From contig WLWL01000003.1 in assembly GCA_012103605.1 (NCBI GenBank), positions 10,315-74,314 of the forward strand: DNA of 64,000 nucleotides. Direction: 5' to 3'. A program made the translations under genes and the position numbers. The notes beneath the pieces are model-generated. The model was not told where the DNA came from, made no database searches, and saw only the letters and a program-made list of their open reading frames with translations. The DNA is from Candidatus Nanopelagicales bacterium (GTDB lineage Bacteria; Actinomycetota; Actinomycetes; S36-B12). Positions within the stretch are counted from its first letter, which is position 1. Each line of letters begins with the position of its first letter. Shown here one piece after another: positions 28,089-43,694 of this stretch.

Positions 28089-31000
28089 CAGATCTCTCCT
28101 TGTTCCTGCGATTGCTCTCGCAACTGCTCGCGCAAGTGAGCCAAGTGTGCGCCGTGCTCTTGCAGCGATCGGACATTCGGCTCACCGGAGACAAGCGCAT
28201 CGATACCTTGAACCGCCGCGCTCAGTCCCTGCACAGTGGTTACGCAGGGAATTCCTTTGGTCACAGCAGCCGTCCGAATCTCGTAGCCGTCAACACGGGG
28301 CCCAACTCCGTAGGGAGTGTTCACGATTAGGTCGATATCTCCGGCCATGATCGCATCGACGGTGGTGGGAGTGCCATCCTTTCCGCGACCTTCGTGCTGT
28401 TTGCGGAGAACGTCGACGGACACACCGTTGCGTCGCAGTATCTCTGCGGTGCCTTGAGTGGCGAAGATCACGAACCCCAGGTCGGCAAGGCGCTTGATGG
28501 GAAACACCGCCGCCCGCTTATCGCGATTAGCCAGCGAGACGAAAGCGCTGCCACGCGTGGGGAGACCACCGGCGTAGGCCGCCTGCTGCGACTTCGCGAA
28601 CGCAACCCCGAAGGAATCGTCGATGCCCATGACTTCTCCCGTCGAGCGCATCTCGGGTCCGAGAACGGCATCGACTCCGTGGAATCGCCCGAACGGCAGG
28701 ACGGCTTCCTTGACAGAAATGGCACTGCCCGGAGGGAGGGCACCTCCATCACCCTCACGGGGAAGCAGGCCCTCGTCGCGAAGTTCCTTGATGGACGAAC
28801 CAGCCATGATTCGAGCTGCCGCCTTCGCCACGGGAACACCGGTGGCTTTGGAGACGAACGGCACCGTCCGAGAGGCCCGGGGGTTGGCTTCCAGGACGTA
28901 GAGCGTGTCCTGGGCAAGTGCGAATTGCACGTTTAACAGGCCCCGCACCCCCACGCCTTGCGCGATGGCACGTGTCGACGTTCGGATGCGATCGATGTCC
29001 GATTCCCCGAGGGTCATGGGTGGCAGAGCACATGCAGAGTCACCCGAGTGGATGCCCGCCTCTTCGATGTGCTCCATGACGCCGGCGAGATACATGTCGT
29101 GGCCATCGAAGAGCGCATCAACATCAATTTCTATCGCGTCATCAAGGAAGCGGTCCACCAGCACCGGATGTTCACGGGTCACCTCAGTGGACCGCTGCAG
29201 GTAACTCTCGAGCATCGCATCGTCGTACACGATCTCCATTCCTCGCCCGCCGAGCACATAACTCGGGCGAACGAGCACGGGATAACCGACACGAGCTGCG
29301 ATAGCCGCCGCCTCGTCGAACGAACGCGCTGTTCCGTGGTCGGGAGCCGGCAATCCAGCGTCCGCAAGCACGCGGCCGAAGGCTCCTCGCTCTTCGGCGA
29401 GATGGATGGCGGCCGGCGAGGTGCCCACAATCGGGACGCCTGCATCTTCGAGGCGTTGCGCCAGTCCGAGCGGTGTTTGGCCACCGAGCTGCACGATGAC
29501 GCCCACGACGGATCCTTGTCGCTGCTCAGCATTGACAACTTCCAAGACGTCTTCGCACGTCAAGGGTTCGAAGTAGAGACGATCGGAGGTGTCGTAGTCC
29601 GTGGAGACGGTTTCCGGGTTGCAATTGATCATGATCGTTTCGAAACCGGCGTCCGAAAGCGCCAATGCGGCATGGACGCACGAGTAGTCGAACTCAATGC
29701 CTTGACCGATGCGATTAGGGCCGGACCCGAGGATGATCACCTTCTCCCGGCCTGATGGCTGCAACTCATCTTCCTCGTCGTAGGAGGAGTAGTGGTAAGG
29801 AGTCATCGCTTCGAACTCCGCCGCGCACGTGTCAACCGTCTTGAAGACCGGACGGATCCCCCAGTCATGTCTGATCTCACGGACCTCTTCTTCACTCAGG
29901 CCCCGCAGTTGCGCGACTTGACCGTCGGAGAATCCTTCCCGCTTGGCCATGACGAGGAGTTCGCGGTCAAGAGATTCAGCGGATGCGAGCGCATCGGCGA
30001 TCTCGTTGATCTGACATATGTGGTCGAGGAACCACGGATCGATGCCGGTTGCCTCGTACACCGCGTCGATGCTCGCCCCGGCCCACAGCCCCTGCTGCAC
30101 CAGAGCCAAACGTCCATCGTGGGGTCGCTGCATCCGTTCCAGGACGTCGGCCACATCGATTGCGTCGCGCGAGGTTTCCCAGGAAAAGACAGCCGACGGC
30201 CGCTCCATCGAACGCAGGGCCTTGTTCAACGCCTCCCCAAAATTACGACCGATGGCCATCGCCTCGCCAACACTCTTCATCGTGGTGGTCAAGGTGGTAT
30301 CCGCTCCGGGGAACTTCTCGAAGGCGAAGCGTGGGACCTTCACGACGATGTAGTCGAGCGTCGGCTCGAACGATGCGGGTGTCTGCTGCGTGATGTCGTT
30401 GGGGATCTCGTCGAGTGTGTAACCGATCGCGAGACGTGCCGCGATCTTGGCGATGGGAAAGCCTGTCGCCTTCGATGCCAGGGCTGACGAGCGCGACACA
30501 CGAGGGTTCATCTCGATGACGATCATGCGTCCGTCGGCCGGGTTGATGGCGAATTGAATGTTGCATCCGCCGGTGTCCACACCGACTGCGCGGATGATCT
30601 TGATGCCCACGTCTCGCATGTGCTGGTACTCACGATCAGTGAGGGTCAGGCAGGGCGCGACCGTTATCGAGTCCCCGGTGTGCACTCCCATGGGATCGAC
30701 GTTCTCGATAGAACAGACCACCACCACGTTGTCGTTCTTGTCGCGCATCAGCTCGAGCTCGTATTCCTTCCAGCCGATGATGGACTCCTCGAGCAGCACC
30801 TCCGTTGTCGGGCTGGCCTGCAAGCCGGCGCCGGCGATCCGTTCCAGATCGGCCTCGTCATACGCAATACCCGATCCGGCGCCACCCATCGTGAACGACG
30901 GGCGAACGACGACGGGATAACCCAGATCGCTCGTTGCCTCAACGCACTGCTCCATCGTGTGGCAGATGATGGAGCGAGCACTCGATCCGCCGATGGACTC

Positions 31001-31408
31001 CACGATCGACCGGAACTTTTCGCGATTCTCGCCGCGCTCGATGGCATCGACGTCCGCGCCGATCAGTTCCACTCCATACCGTTCGAGAACACCGGACGCG
31101 TGCAGGGCGATCGCGGTATTGAGCGCAGTCTGACCACCGAGGGTGGCCAACAAGGCGTCGGGGCGCTCTTTCGCAATGATGCGCTCGACGTATTCGGGCG
31201 TGATGGGCTCGACGTAGGTGGCGTCGGCGAACTCAGGGTCCGTCATGATCGTCGCGGGGTTGGAGTTGACCAGGACCACACGCAGACCCTCGTCCCGAAG
31301 AACTCTGCAGGCCTGCGTGCCCGAGTAATCGAATTCGCACGCCTGCCCGATGACGATCGGTCCGGAACCGATAACCATCACCGACCCAATGTCGGATCTC
31401 CGTGGCAT
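28088..31408 (-). CDS. carB: carbamoyl-phosphate synthase large subunit
   Basis: 1106 aa, [30 protein letters not shown]... Duplicated ATP-grasp halves and a C-terminal MGS-like domain. Confidence 0.98.
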   Translation of the reverse strand: MPRRSDIGSVMVIGSGPIVIGQACEFDYSGTQACRVLRDEGLRVVLVNSNPATIMTDPEFADATYVEPITPEYVERIIAKERPDALLATLGGQTALNTAIALHASGVLERYGVELIGADVDAIERGENREKFRSIVESIGGSSARSIICHTMEQCVEATSDLGYPVVVRPSFTMGGAGSGIAYDEADLERIAGAGLQASPTTEVLLEESIIGWKEYELELMRDKNDNVVVVCSIENVDPMGVHTGDSITVAPCLTLTDREYQHMRDVGIKIIRAVGVDTGGCNIQFAINPADGRMIVIEMNPRVSRSSALASKATGFPIAKIAARLAIGYTLDEIPNDITQQTPASFEPTLDYIVVKVPRFAFEKFPGADTTLTTTMKSVGEAMAIGRNFGEALNKALRSMERPSAVFSWETSRDAIDVADVLERMQRPHDGRLALVQQGLWAGASIDAVYEATGIDPWFLDHICQINEIADALASAESLDRELLVMAKREGFSDGQVAQLRGLSEEEVREIRHDWGIRPVFKTVDTCAAEFEAMTPYHYSSYDEEDELQPSGREKVIILGSGPNRIGQGIEFDYSCVHAALALSDAGFETIMINCNPETVSTDYDTSDRLYFEPLTCEDVLEVVNAEQRQGSVVGVIVQLGGQTPLGLAQRLEDAGVPIVGTSPAAIHLAEERGAFGRVLADAGLPAPDHGTARSFDEAAAIAARVGYPVLVRPSYVLGGRGMEIVYDDAMLESYLQRSTEVTREHPVLVDRFLDDAIEIDVDALFDGHDMYLAGVMEHIEEAGIHSGDSACALPPMTLGESDIDRIRTSTRAIAQGVGVRGLLNVQFALAQDTLYVLEANPRASRTVPFVSKATGVPVAKAAARIMAGSSIKELRDEGLLPREGDGGALPPGSAISVKEAVLPFGRFHGVDAVLGPEMRSTGEVMGIDDSFGVAFAKSQQAAYAGGLPTRGSAFVSLANRDKRAAVFPIKRLADLGFVIFATQGTAEILRRNGVSVDVLRKQHEGRGKDGTPTTVDAIMAGDIDLIVNTPYGVGPRVDGYEIRTAAVTKGIPCVTTVQGLSAAVQGIDALVSGEPNVRSLQEHGAHLAHLREQLREQSQEQGEI

Positions 31409-32559
31409 CAGGCACCACCATCCCGTCGTCGCGCGATAGCTTCCGCGAAGCGATCGAAGAGGTACGCGGCATCGTGCGGACCGGCAGCCGCCTCGGGGTG
31501 GTACTGCACACTGAAGGCAGATCCGTCCACGAGCTCAAGGCCCTCGACAACGTTGTCGTTCAAGCACACGTGGGAAACCCGCGCCGGTCCGTAGGGGCTA
31601 TCGAACTCCTCCCCCAGCGGCGCTTGCACAGCAAACCCGTGGTTGTGCGCGGTGATCTCCACCTTGCCGGTGGTCAGATCTTTCACCGGTTGGTTGATGC
31701 CGCGATGACCGAAGCGCAACTTGTAGGTGCTCAGACCCAAGGCACGTCCGAAGATCTGATTTCCGAAACAGATCCCGAAAACCGGAAGACCGGATTCGAG
31801 AGCCTTCGACATTAACCCAACAGCGTGGTCGGCGGTCGCCGGATCCCCCGGACCATTGGAGAAGAAGATTCCATCGGGTGTCCGCGCCGCGATGTCCTCC
31901 CAGGAGCAGCTTGAGGGGACGACGTCGACGTTCAGGCCGCGTTCGGACAGGCGACGAGGAGTCATCGATTTGATGCCCAAGTCCACGGCGACGACCGTCG
32001 CCCATGCATCACCGATGGCCGGCACCGAGTACGCCTGAGCAGTGGTGACGTCGGATGTGAGATCCGCACCGACCATCGACGGGCTCGATCGCACCTGAGA
32101 CAACAGTTCGTCCACCGGACGGCTTGCCGCGGGCCCGCTGAAAATGCCCACGCGCATCGCTCCGGCGTCACGCAGGTGACGCGTCAACGCTCGGGTATCG
32201 ATTCCGGAGATTCCCACGACCCCATACGCCTGCAGGTCCTCGTCCAAGGTCCGCTGCGCCCGCCAATTTGACACGATCCGCGACGGATCCCGAACCACGT
32301 ATCCGGACACCCAGATGCGTTCAGACTCCGGGTCCTCGTCATTCATGCCGGTGTTACCTACGTGTGGAGCGGTCATCACGACCACCTGACGGTGGTAACT
32401 CGGATCCGTCAGCGTTTCCTGATAACCGGTCATACCGGTGGAGAAAACCGCCTCCCCAAAGGTCGTTCCGACGGCTCCAAACGATCGGCCGTGCATGGCC
32501 CGGCCATCTTCCAAGACGAGAACGGCAGGCTCCGTCGCGAGAATTCCGGTGCTACTCAC
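31408..32559 (-). CDS. carA: carbamoyl-phosphate synthase small (glutaminase) subunit
   Basis: 383 aa with the LVLEDG N-terminus, nucleophile elbow GICFGNQ, and HNHGFAV. Confidence 0.97.
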   Translation of the reverse strand: MSSTGILATEPAVLVLEDGRAMHGRSFGAVGTTFGEAVFSTGMTGYQETLTDPSYHRQVVVMTAPHVGNTGMNDEDPESERIWVSGYVVRDPSRIVSNWRAQRTLDEDLQAYGVVGISGIDTRALTRHLRDAGAMRVGIFSGPAASRPVDELLSQVRSSPSMVGADLTSDVTTAQAYSVPAIGDAWATVVAVDLGIKSMTPRRLSERGLNVDVVPSSCSWEDIAARTPDGIFFSNGPGDPATADHAVGLMSKALESGLPVFGICFGNQIFGRALGLSTYKLRFGHRGINQPVKDLTTGKVEITAHNHGFAVQAPLGEEFDSPYGPARVSHVCLNDNVVEGLELVDGSAFSVQYHPEAAAGPHDAAYLFDRFAEAIARRRDGGA

Positions 32560-33226
32560 GGCCGTCTCCTGAACCGTCTAATGGGCCATCTCCCCGCATA
32601 CCGTCGAACCCTTCGTGCGCACCGGAGCCGGTAACACTCGGTGAGCTCGAAGTCTCCCCACTTCCCGCCTGCTGTGAGTCATCCGCGTGCGCCACCATGA
32701 GCCCATCCAACAACGCGGCGTGATCGGCGCCGTCATCTGCCCGGATCCCGGTATCCAGAACATCATCGGCCAGCATCCATGTCACCACGATGACGCTGTC
32801 CTTCCCGCGCACCGTTCCGGCGACCCCACGATCGGTTCGCACACCGCGCACGGCCGAAGCGGGAATCAGGAAGGATCGAGCACCGTCACGCCGGATGCCT
32901 ACACCACCGTCGACGAGGTGGAACGAGGCTCGACTCCTGACCCCAAACTCGTGCACGGCAACGCGATCAAGCCAATCGCCAGAGATCGACGTTCCCAGAT
33001 ACAGGCCGGGAACGCCGGACGTCGCGGGGGCATCGAAGGCCGACGGTTCAGCCATGGAGGAATGCCGCGCCACTCTGCCTTGCCAGCCCCGTCGCATCCC
33101 CCACAAGGCGAGCGCGATCAGACCGGCTATCAAGCCCACCAACGCCAATCGCGCGGGCCAATCAGACACACTCGCCTGCTCAGTGAACTCCTCGGCGACC
33201 ACGACGACGGGTTCGAGCATCGGCAT
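32552..33226 (-). CDS. conserved pyr-operon membrane protein of unknown function
   Basis: The ORF track (to 33583) overlaps pyrC out of frame. ATG 33226 lies 15 nt after the pyrC stop. The product is [10 protein letters not shown]..., with one TM segment ([17 protein letters not shown]), a globular domain and an acidic/Gly-Ser tail. It occupies the pyrC-carA slot, which a membrane-protein gene also occupies in mycobacteria. Confidence 0.7.
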   Translation of the reverse strand: MPMLEPVVVVAEEFTEQASVSDWPARLALVGLIAGLIALALWGMRRGWQGRVARHSSMAEPSAFDAPATSGVPGLYLGTSISGDWLDRVAVHEFGVRSRASFHLVDGGVGIRRDGARSFLIPASAVRGVRTDRGVAGTVRGKDSVIVVTWMLADDVLDTGIRADDGADHAALLDGLMVAHADDSQQAGSGETSSSPSVTGSGAHEGFDGMRGDGPLDGSGDGRE

Positions 33227-33240
33227 CACTGTTCCCCGAT

Positions 33241-34551
33241 TCACGCCAGCGCTCCATCGACGACCGTCGGACGCCCGCGGAAAAGCACATGCCGCACAGC
33301 TCCCGGCCTCCGCCGGCCCAGGTAGGGGCTGTTGCCGCTCTTGCCCACCAGCGCGTCGACCTCGAGCGTGCCCTGCGCCGACGAATCCCAGACGGTGATG
33401 TTCGCCGCGGATCCTGGCGCAATCGGCATACCTTGGTCCGGCACCTGCCCGATGCGCGCTGGGATAGTCGACATGCGGTCCGCAAGGTCGCGCCAACCCA
33501 ACAGACCAGACTCGATGAACACCTCGACGGCAACCCCGAGGGCTGTCTCGAGCCCGACCATGCCCATCGCCGCCGCCGCCCACTCGCAGTCCTTGTCTTC
33601 ACGCGGGTGCGGGGCATGATCGGTGGCGATGATGTCAATCGTGCCTTCGACGACGGCTTCGCGTAACGCGTGGACATCCTCCGCGCGCCGGAGTGGAGGG
33701 TTGACCTTGTAGATCGGATCGAAGCTCTCGACGAGCTCCTCGGTCAAGAGGAGATGGTGGGGGGTGACCTCGGCCGTGACGGGGATTCCGCGGGCCTTCG
33801 CCCATCGGATGACCTCGACCGAGCCGGCTGTCGATACGTGGCATATGTGCAGTCGTGATCCCACGTGCTCGGCCAACAGGACGTCGCGAGCGATGATCGC
33901 TTCCTCCGCGACAGCTGGCCACCCCGCGAGACCAAGGCGAGCTGACAGTGCACCCTCGTTCATTTGGGCCGCCTCGGTGAGCCGAGGGTCTTGCGCGTGT
34001 TGAGCGACCACGCCATCGAAAGTCTTGACGTATTCCAATGCCCGACGCATCAGGAGCGGGTCGTGAACACACAAGCCGTCATCGCTGAACACCCGAACAG
34101 ATGCAGCGCTCGACGCCATGGCGCCGAGTTCTGCGAGTTGCTCACCCTTCAACCCGACGGTGACAGCACCCACCGGGCGAACATCCACGATGCCAGCTTC
34201 TACTCCCCGACGCCATACCTGCTCGACCACACCGGCGGTATCGGCAACCGGCGAGGTGTTCGCCATCGCGTGCACACAGGTGAAGCCGCCCATCGCCGCC
34301 GCCTGAGACCCCGTCGCGATCGTCTCTGCGTCCTCGCGCCCCGGTTCCCGAAGGTGGGTGTGCAGATCCACGAGGCCGGGGATCACCGTGCAGCCGGATG
34401 CATCGAGTTCGAGCTCGACGCCCTTGGCATGCAGAGCATCGCTACCGGAGTGATTCGACGGCGTCATCGCCGTAATGACACCGTCATCGATGACGATGTC
34501 GTGCGGATCGAGGCCATAGGGAGCCCCGCCGCGAAGGACGACCGCACCCAT
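33241..34551 (-). CDS. pyrC: dihydroorotase
   Basis: Motifs DLHTHLREPG and ATDHAPH. ATG 34551 (MGAVVLRGG...) overlaps the pyrB stop (ATGA). The ORF-track extension to 34602 is unlikely. Confidence 0.95.
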   Translation of the reverse strand: MGAVVLRGGAPYGLDPHDIVIDDGVITAMTPSNHSGSDALHAKGVELELDASGCTVIPGLVDLHTHLREPGREDAETIATGSQAAAMGGFTCVHAMANTSPVADTAGVVEQVWRRGVEAGIVDVRPVGAVTVGLKGEQLAELGAMASSAASVRVFSDDGLCVHDPLLMRRALEYVKTFDGVVAQHAQDPRLTEAAQMNEGALSARLGLAGWPAVAEEAIIARDVLLAEHVGSRLHICHVSTAGSVEVIRWAKARGIPVTAEVTPHHLLLTEELVESFDPIYKVNPPLRRAEDVHALREAVVEGTIDIIATDHAPHPREDKDCEWAAAAMGMVGLETALGVAVEVFIESGLLGWRDLADRMSTIPARIGQVPDQGMPIAPGSAANITVWDSSAQGTLEVDALVGKSGNSPYLGRRRPGAVRHVLFRGRPTVVDGALA

Positions 34552-35513
34552 CAGTCCCCACCTGCTTCCGAACCAGCGCCACCGAGAAGCAGATACAGGC
34601 ACGCCATGCGTACGTTGACGCCGTTGGCCACCTGCTCCACGATGACGGCCCGAGAGGAATCGGCGACGTCCGCGGAGATTTCCAAGCCACGGTTCATCGG
34701 GCCGGGGTGCATGACGATCGCACGATCTTTCAACAGCTCGAGCCGCGCAGCATCAAGGCCATACAACCTCGAATACTCCAGGGTGGAGGGGAAGTAGGAC
34801 CCCGCCATCCGCTCTGCTTGCACCCGGAGCATCATCACCGCATCTGCTTGCATCAGTGCGTCGTCGAGGTGATAGCTCACCGAACAGGGCCACGATTCCA
34901 CACCTACCGGGATCAACGTCGGGGGCGCCACCAAGGTCACTTCGGCGCCAAGAGTGTGCAGGAGCAACACGTTCGATCGGGCCACGCGGCTGTGTAGAAC
35001 ATCACCCACGATGACCACGTGAACTCCCTGCAAATCCCCCTGTCCCCCACAGATGTGGGAGCGCAACGTGTAGGCGTCCAGGAGAGCCTGGGTGGGATGT
35101 TCGTGGGTGCCGTCGCCTGCATTGATGACCGAGCCGTCGATCCACCCTGCGGTGGCCAGGCGGTACGGCGCTCCCGAGGCGCCATGCCTGACGATAACCG
35201 CATCGGCACCCATGGCCTCCAGAGTTAATGCCGTGTCCTTGAGCGACTCTCCTTTGGAAACAGACGAACCCTTGGCCGAGAAGGTGATCACATCGGCGGA
35301 CAACCGCTTGGCCGCCAATTCGAAGGACAGTCGAGTGCGCGTCGAATCCTCGAAGAAGAGGTTCACGACCGTACGACCCCGAAGGGTTGGCAGTTTCTTC
35401 ACCGAACGCTCCGTCACGGATGCGAGTTCGGCAGTCGTGTCCAAAATCATGAGCGCCTGGGCTCGATCGAGGTCTCCGGCAGAGAGCAGGTGCTTACCCA
35501 GCATCTGCATCAC
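34551..35513 (-). CDS. pyrB: aspartate carbamoyltransferase catalytic subunit
   Basis: Motifs [21 protein letters not shown] and HPGPMNRG. Start candidates are GTG 35513, ATG 35510 and ATG 35504, all overlapping the pyrR 3' end. Confidence 0.96.
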   Translation of the reverse strand: MMQMLGKHLLSAGDLDRAQALMILDTTAELASVTERSVKKLPTLRGRTVVNLFFEDSTRTRLSFELAAKRLSADVITFSAKGSSVSKGESLKDTALTLEAMGADAVIVRHGASGAPYRLATAGWIDGSVINAGDGTHEHPTQALLDAYTLRSHICGGQGDLQGVHVVIVGDVLHSRVARSNVLLLHTLGAEVTLVAPPTLIPVGVESWPCSVSYHLDDALMQADAVMMLRVQAERMAGSYFPSTLEYSRLYGLDAARLELLKDRAIVMHPGPMNRGLEISADVADSSRAVIVEQVANGVNVRMACLYLLLGGAGSEAGGD

Positions 35514-36063
35514 CGACCGACTCGCTATCGATCATCACGTCGTCTACCCCGTCGACCTCCACGAAACGCACCCGCACCGTCTCGTCCTTGGCTGTGGGCA
35601 GGTTCTTTCCGATGAAGTCCGGTCGGATCGGCAGTTCGCGATGACCCCGATCGATCATCACTGCCAGCCGCACGATGGCCGGTCGGCCTAAATCATGGAC
35701 AGCGTCGAGGGCAGCGCGAATGGTTCGCCCCGAATACAAGACATCATCAACGAGGACGACGGTGCACCCATCGATTCCCTGTGCCGGGATATCGGTCGGC
35801 TCGAGCGCTCGAACTTCCCGTAGTCGCAAGTCGTCGCGATACAACGTGACGTCGATCGCACCGCAGGGAACAGGATGACCCTCGATCTGTGCCACGGTCT
35901 CAGCAATGCGGCGCGCCAGGGGCACGCCTCGGGTGGGGATTCCAAGAATGACGAGGTCGTCGCTGCCCCGAGAGTTCTCGACGATTTCATGAGAGATGCG
36001 TCGAACCGCACGGCTGATATCAGCCCGGTCGAGGACTACGCGTGCAGACGACAAGAAAACCAC
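35494..36063 (-). CDS. pyrR: bifunctional pyr operon regulator / uracil phosphoribosyltransferase PyrR
   Basis: 189 aa with the PRPP-binding motif [13 protein letters not shown]. First gene of the pyr cluster. GTG start. Confidence 0.95.
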   Translation of the reverse strand: MVFLSSARVVLDRADISRAVRRISHEIVENSRGSDDLVILGIPTRGVPLARRIAETVAQIEGHPVPCGAIDVTLYRDDLRLREVRALEPTDIPAQGIDGCTVVLVDDVLYSGRTIRAALDAVHDLGRPAIVRLAVMIDRGHRELPIRPDFIGKNLPTAKDETVRVRFVEVDGVDDVMIDSESVGDADAG

Positions 36064-36097
36064 CTTCCCCGCCTCACGGGACGGGCTTAAAGGAACG
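36061..36097 (-). promoter_or_regulatory. PyrR-binding RNA hairpin covering the pyrR Shine-Dalgarno and start codon
   Basis: The minus-strand RNA is GUUCCUUUAAGCCCGUCCCGUGAGGCGGGGAAG-GUG. Outer stem CCUU/AAGG, UAA bulge, inner stem CCCG/CGGG, loop UCCCGUGAGG. This resembles the conserved PyrR site (UCCAGAGAGG-type loop). The 3' arm contains the ribosome-binding site GGGGAAG and the first base of the GTG. Confidence 0.7.
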
Positions 36098-36102
36098 ACA
36101 TC

Positions 36103-36108
36103 AACCTA
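36103..36108 (-). promoter_or_regulatory. -10-like TAGGTT upstream of the pyrR leader
   Basis: The minus strand reads GATAGGTT-GATGTC-G. The predicted 5' end falls at the base of the PyrR-binding hairpin. Confidence 0.35.
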
Positions 36109-36131
36109 TCTCAGAACGGCATCCACCCGCG

Positions 36132-37565
36132 CTATACCCCGCCGCCCGGGCCGGCACTTCCGATCTTGTGAACCCGCATGCCATTCGTGGTCCCGGGGAC
36201 ACCCGGAGGCACGCCCGCCACGATCACCACACGCTCGCCGGCGCTGGCACGACCGATATCCAGCAGCGCCTTGTCGACCTGCATGACCATGTCGTCGGTG
36301 TGCCGCACCTGGGGCACCAGGAAGGTCTCTACCCCCCACACCAAAGCGAGTTGGCTTCGTACCCGCGGGTTGGGGGTGAACGCCAACAGGCGAATGCCGC
36401 AACGCCAACGGGCGATCAGGCGAGCTGACCGTCCCGTTTCGGTGAAAGCGATCAGGTGGGTCGCCTGAACGAACAGGGCTGCGGACACGGCTGCGTGGGT
36501 GAGCGCTCGGGCCGTGGATCCAGTGCGGTTTTCCTCCAAGGGGGGCAGTCGATCCAGTGCTTCGCCTTCGATGTGCTCGATGATGCGCGACATGGTTTCC
36601 ACGACCAGCGGTGGGTTGTGCCCCACACTCGTTTCTCCCGACAGCATTAAGGCATCGGTGCCATCGAGCACCGCGTTGGCGACATCGCTCGCCTCTGCGC
36701 GCGTGGGACGGCTGGCGGTGATCATCGAGTCCAACATCTGCGTCGCGACGATCACCGGCTTTCCGGCCTGCCGGCACAGCTGAATCGCCCGCTTTTGAAC
36801 GAGCGGCACCTGCTCTAATGGAAGTTCAACGCCTAGGTCTCCCCGAGCGACCATGATTCCGTCGAACGCCTCGACGATCTCCTCCAGATTCTCCACCGCT
36901 TGGGGCTTTTCGATCTTCGCAAGGACCGGCACCCGAATGCCTTCGTTGTCCATGATGTCGTGGACGGCCCTGACATCGTCAGCGCTGCGGACGAAGGACA
37001 GGGCCACAAGATCCGCTCCCGTGCGAAGCCCCCAGCGAAGATCCTCCTCGTCTTTCTCCGACATAGCCGGCACACTCACGGGAACTCCCGGGAGGTTGAA
37101 GCCCTTGTGATCGGACACCAAGCCACCCTCGACGACCGTGGTGTGGACACGTGGCCCCTCGACCTTGGTCACTCGCAACTCGATGCGACCATCATCGACA
37201 AGAACGAGATCTCCCGGATTGACATCGTCAGGTAAGCCCGCATGCGTGGTCGACACCATGGTGGCGTCGCCGGCCACATCCTCGGTGGTCACGATGAAGT
37301 CCGTTCCTGGCTCGAGGTGCACAGGCCCCGCGGCGAAGGATCCCAGTCGAATCTTCGGCCCTTGCAAGTCGACCAGAATCCCGACGCCCCTCCCGCTGGC
37401 ATCGGAGGCTTCGCGAACAGTGAGGTAGGCCTGTCGGTGGTCCTCGTGGTTACCGTGCGAGAGGTTCAAACGGGCCACATCCATGCCGGCATCCACCAGC
37501 GCCCGAATCTGCTCAGGCGAGGAGGTCGCGGGGCCCAGCGTGGCCACGATTTTGGCTCTGCGCAT
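36132..37565 (-). CDS. pyk: pyruvate kinase
   Basis: 477 aa with MRRAKIVATLGPAT, MVARGDLGVELP and a C-terminal regulatory domain. Confidence 0.97.
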   Translation of the reverse strand: MRRAKIVATLGPATSSPEQIRALVDAGMDVARLNLSHGNHEDHRQAYLTVREASDASGRGVGILVDLQGPKIRLGSFAAGPVHLEPGTDFIVTTEDVAGDATMVSTTHAGLPDDVNPGDLVLVDDGRIELRVTKVEGPRVHTTVVEGGLVSDHKGFNLPGVPVSVPAMSEKDEEDLRWGLRTGADLVALSFVRSADDVRAVHDIMDNEGIRVPVLAKIEKPQAVENLEEIVEAFDGIMVARGDLGVELPLEQVPLVQKRAIQLCRQAGKPVIVATQMLDSMITASRPTRAEASDVANAVLDGTDALMLSGETSVGHNPPLVVETMSRIIEHIEGEALDRLPPLEENRTGSTARALTHAAVSAALFVQATHLIAFTETGRSARLIARWRCGIRLLAFTPNPRVRSQLALVWGVETFLVPQVRHTDDMVMQVDKALLDIGRASAGERVVIVAGVPPGVPGTTNGMRVHKIGSAGPGGGV

Positions 37566-37572
37566 GGGGGGA

Positions 37573-37578
37573 AGCCTA
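37573..37578 (-). promoter_or_regulatory. -10-like TAGGCT, 7 nt upstream of the pyk ATG
   Basis: The minus strand reads GGCTAGGCT-TCCCCCC-ATG, in the 24-nt gltD-pyk gap. No Shine-Dalgarno. Confidence 0.4.
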
Positions 37579-37589
37579 GCCGTAACCGG

Positions 37590-39036
37590 TTACACGGTGA
37601 GGGGCCGCGCCGATGCTCGAATAGGAGACGGAAGGTTCGTGTCACCGGTCAAGTACCGATCGACGCTCGCGGCGGCCGCGCGACCTTCCGCAATCGCCCA
37701 CACGATCAAGGATTGGCCTCGGCCCGCATCCCCGGCGACGAAGACTCCGTCCATTCCCGTCGCGTACTCGTCCGTGCGCACGATGGAGCCGCGCTCGGTG
37801 AGCGTGAGGCCGAACTGTTGGAGCAGCGGGCCTTGCTCTGGCCCGGTGAATCCCATCGCCAAGAAGACCGCGTCCGCGGGTATTGACCGCTCGGAGCCGG
37901 GCACCGGCTCGAAACGACCGTCGACGAACTCCACCTCGGACAATTCCAAACTACGAACGTGACCGTCATCGTCTCCCGCGAAGCGCTGCGTCGATACAGC
38001 GAACATGCGTTCGCCACCCTCTTCGTGCGCGCTGCTGACCCGATACGTCATGGGGTAGGTCGGCCAGGGTTGCGCTTGCGGTCGCTCCTGGGGTGGGCGA
38101 GGCATGATCTCCAACTGCGTCACGCTTGCGGCTCCCTGGCGATGAGCGGTACCCAGACAGTCGGCCCCGGTGTCGCCTCCCCCGATGATGACCACGTGCT
38201 GACCCTCGACGTCGATGGGTGACTCCTCTACGTCACCTTCTTGCACTCGGTTCGCGGGCGGCAGGTATTCCATGGCTTGGTAAATCCCGGTCAACTCCCG
38301 ACCTTCGATAGGTAGATCACGCCAGGCTGTCGCACCGGTCGCGATGACGATTGCGTCATAGCGACGCCGCAGGTCGGCGACCGTAATGTCAACTCCCACC
38401 TCCACGTTCGGCCGAAACTTCACTCCCTCGGCTTCCATCTGCGCGAGTCGCTGATCCACGTGGTGCTTTTCCATTTTGAACTCGGGGATTCCGTAACGGA
38501 GCAGACCCCCGATCCGGTCCGACCTCTCATACACCGCGACCGTGTGGCCTGCACGCGCCAACTGCTGTGCAGCCGCGAGTCCGGCGGGTCCGGATCCGAT
38601 CACCGCGACCGTGTGGCCGGTCAGTGACTCCGGCGGCTGCGGTGTGATCCACCCGGCCTCCCAGGCTCGGTCGACGATGGCTACTTCGACCTGCTTGATG
38701 GTGACAGGATCGGCGTTGATACCCAGTACGCAGGCCGCTTCGCACGGCGCCGGACAGAGTCGTCCGGTGAATTCTGGAAAGTTGTTGGTGGCGTGCAGCC
38801 TTTCGATGGCTTGACCCCAGTCACGGTCGTAGATGAGGTCGTTCCATTCCGGGATGAGGTTGCCCAGTGGACACCCTTGGTGGCAGAAGGGAATACCGCA
38901 GTCCATGCAGCGCCCCGCCTGCTTTTCCAGACTCCGGGCATCGAAGTCTTGGTAGACCTCTTGCCAATCTTGAATGCGAACATCGACCGGGCGCCGTTCG
39001 GGAAGCTGGCGGTCGGTGGTCAAGAAACCCCGCGGG

Positions 39037-39044
<8 letters not shown>
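37590..39044 (-). CDS. gltD: glutamate synthase small (NADPH) subunit
   Basis: 484 aa with the Fe-S Cys cluster [17 protein letters not shown] and dinucleotide folds [12 protein letters not shown] and [11 protein letters not shown]. Confidence 0.96.
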
Positions 39045-43623
<4,579 letters not shown>

Positions 43624-43688
43624 GGCAGTAGCGGCCGGCTGCGGAGGTGGTGGTGTGGCGGATCGGGACGACGTTGGCCCGGGGGGAA

Positions 43689-43694
43689 AGCCTA
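43689..43694 (-). promoter_or_regulatory. -10-like TAGGCT upstream of gltB (contains the lgt TAG stop)
   Basis: The minus strand reads CCGTAGGCT-TTCCCCCC..., nearly identical to the pyk element. It lies about 60 nt before the gltB start. Confidence 0.3.
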
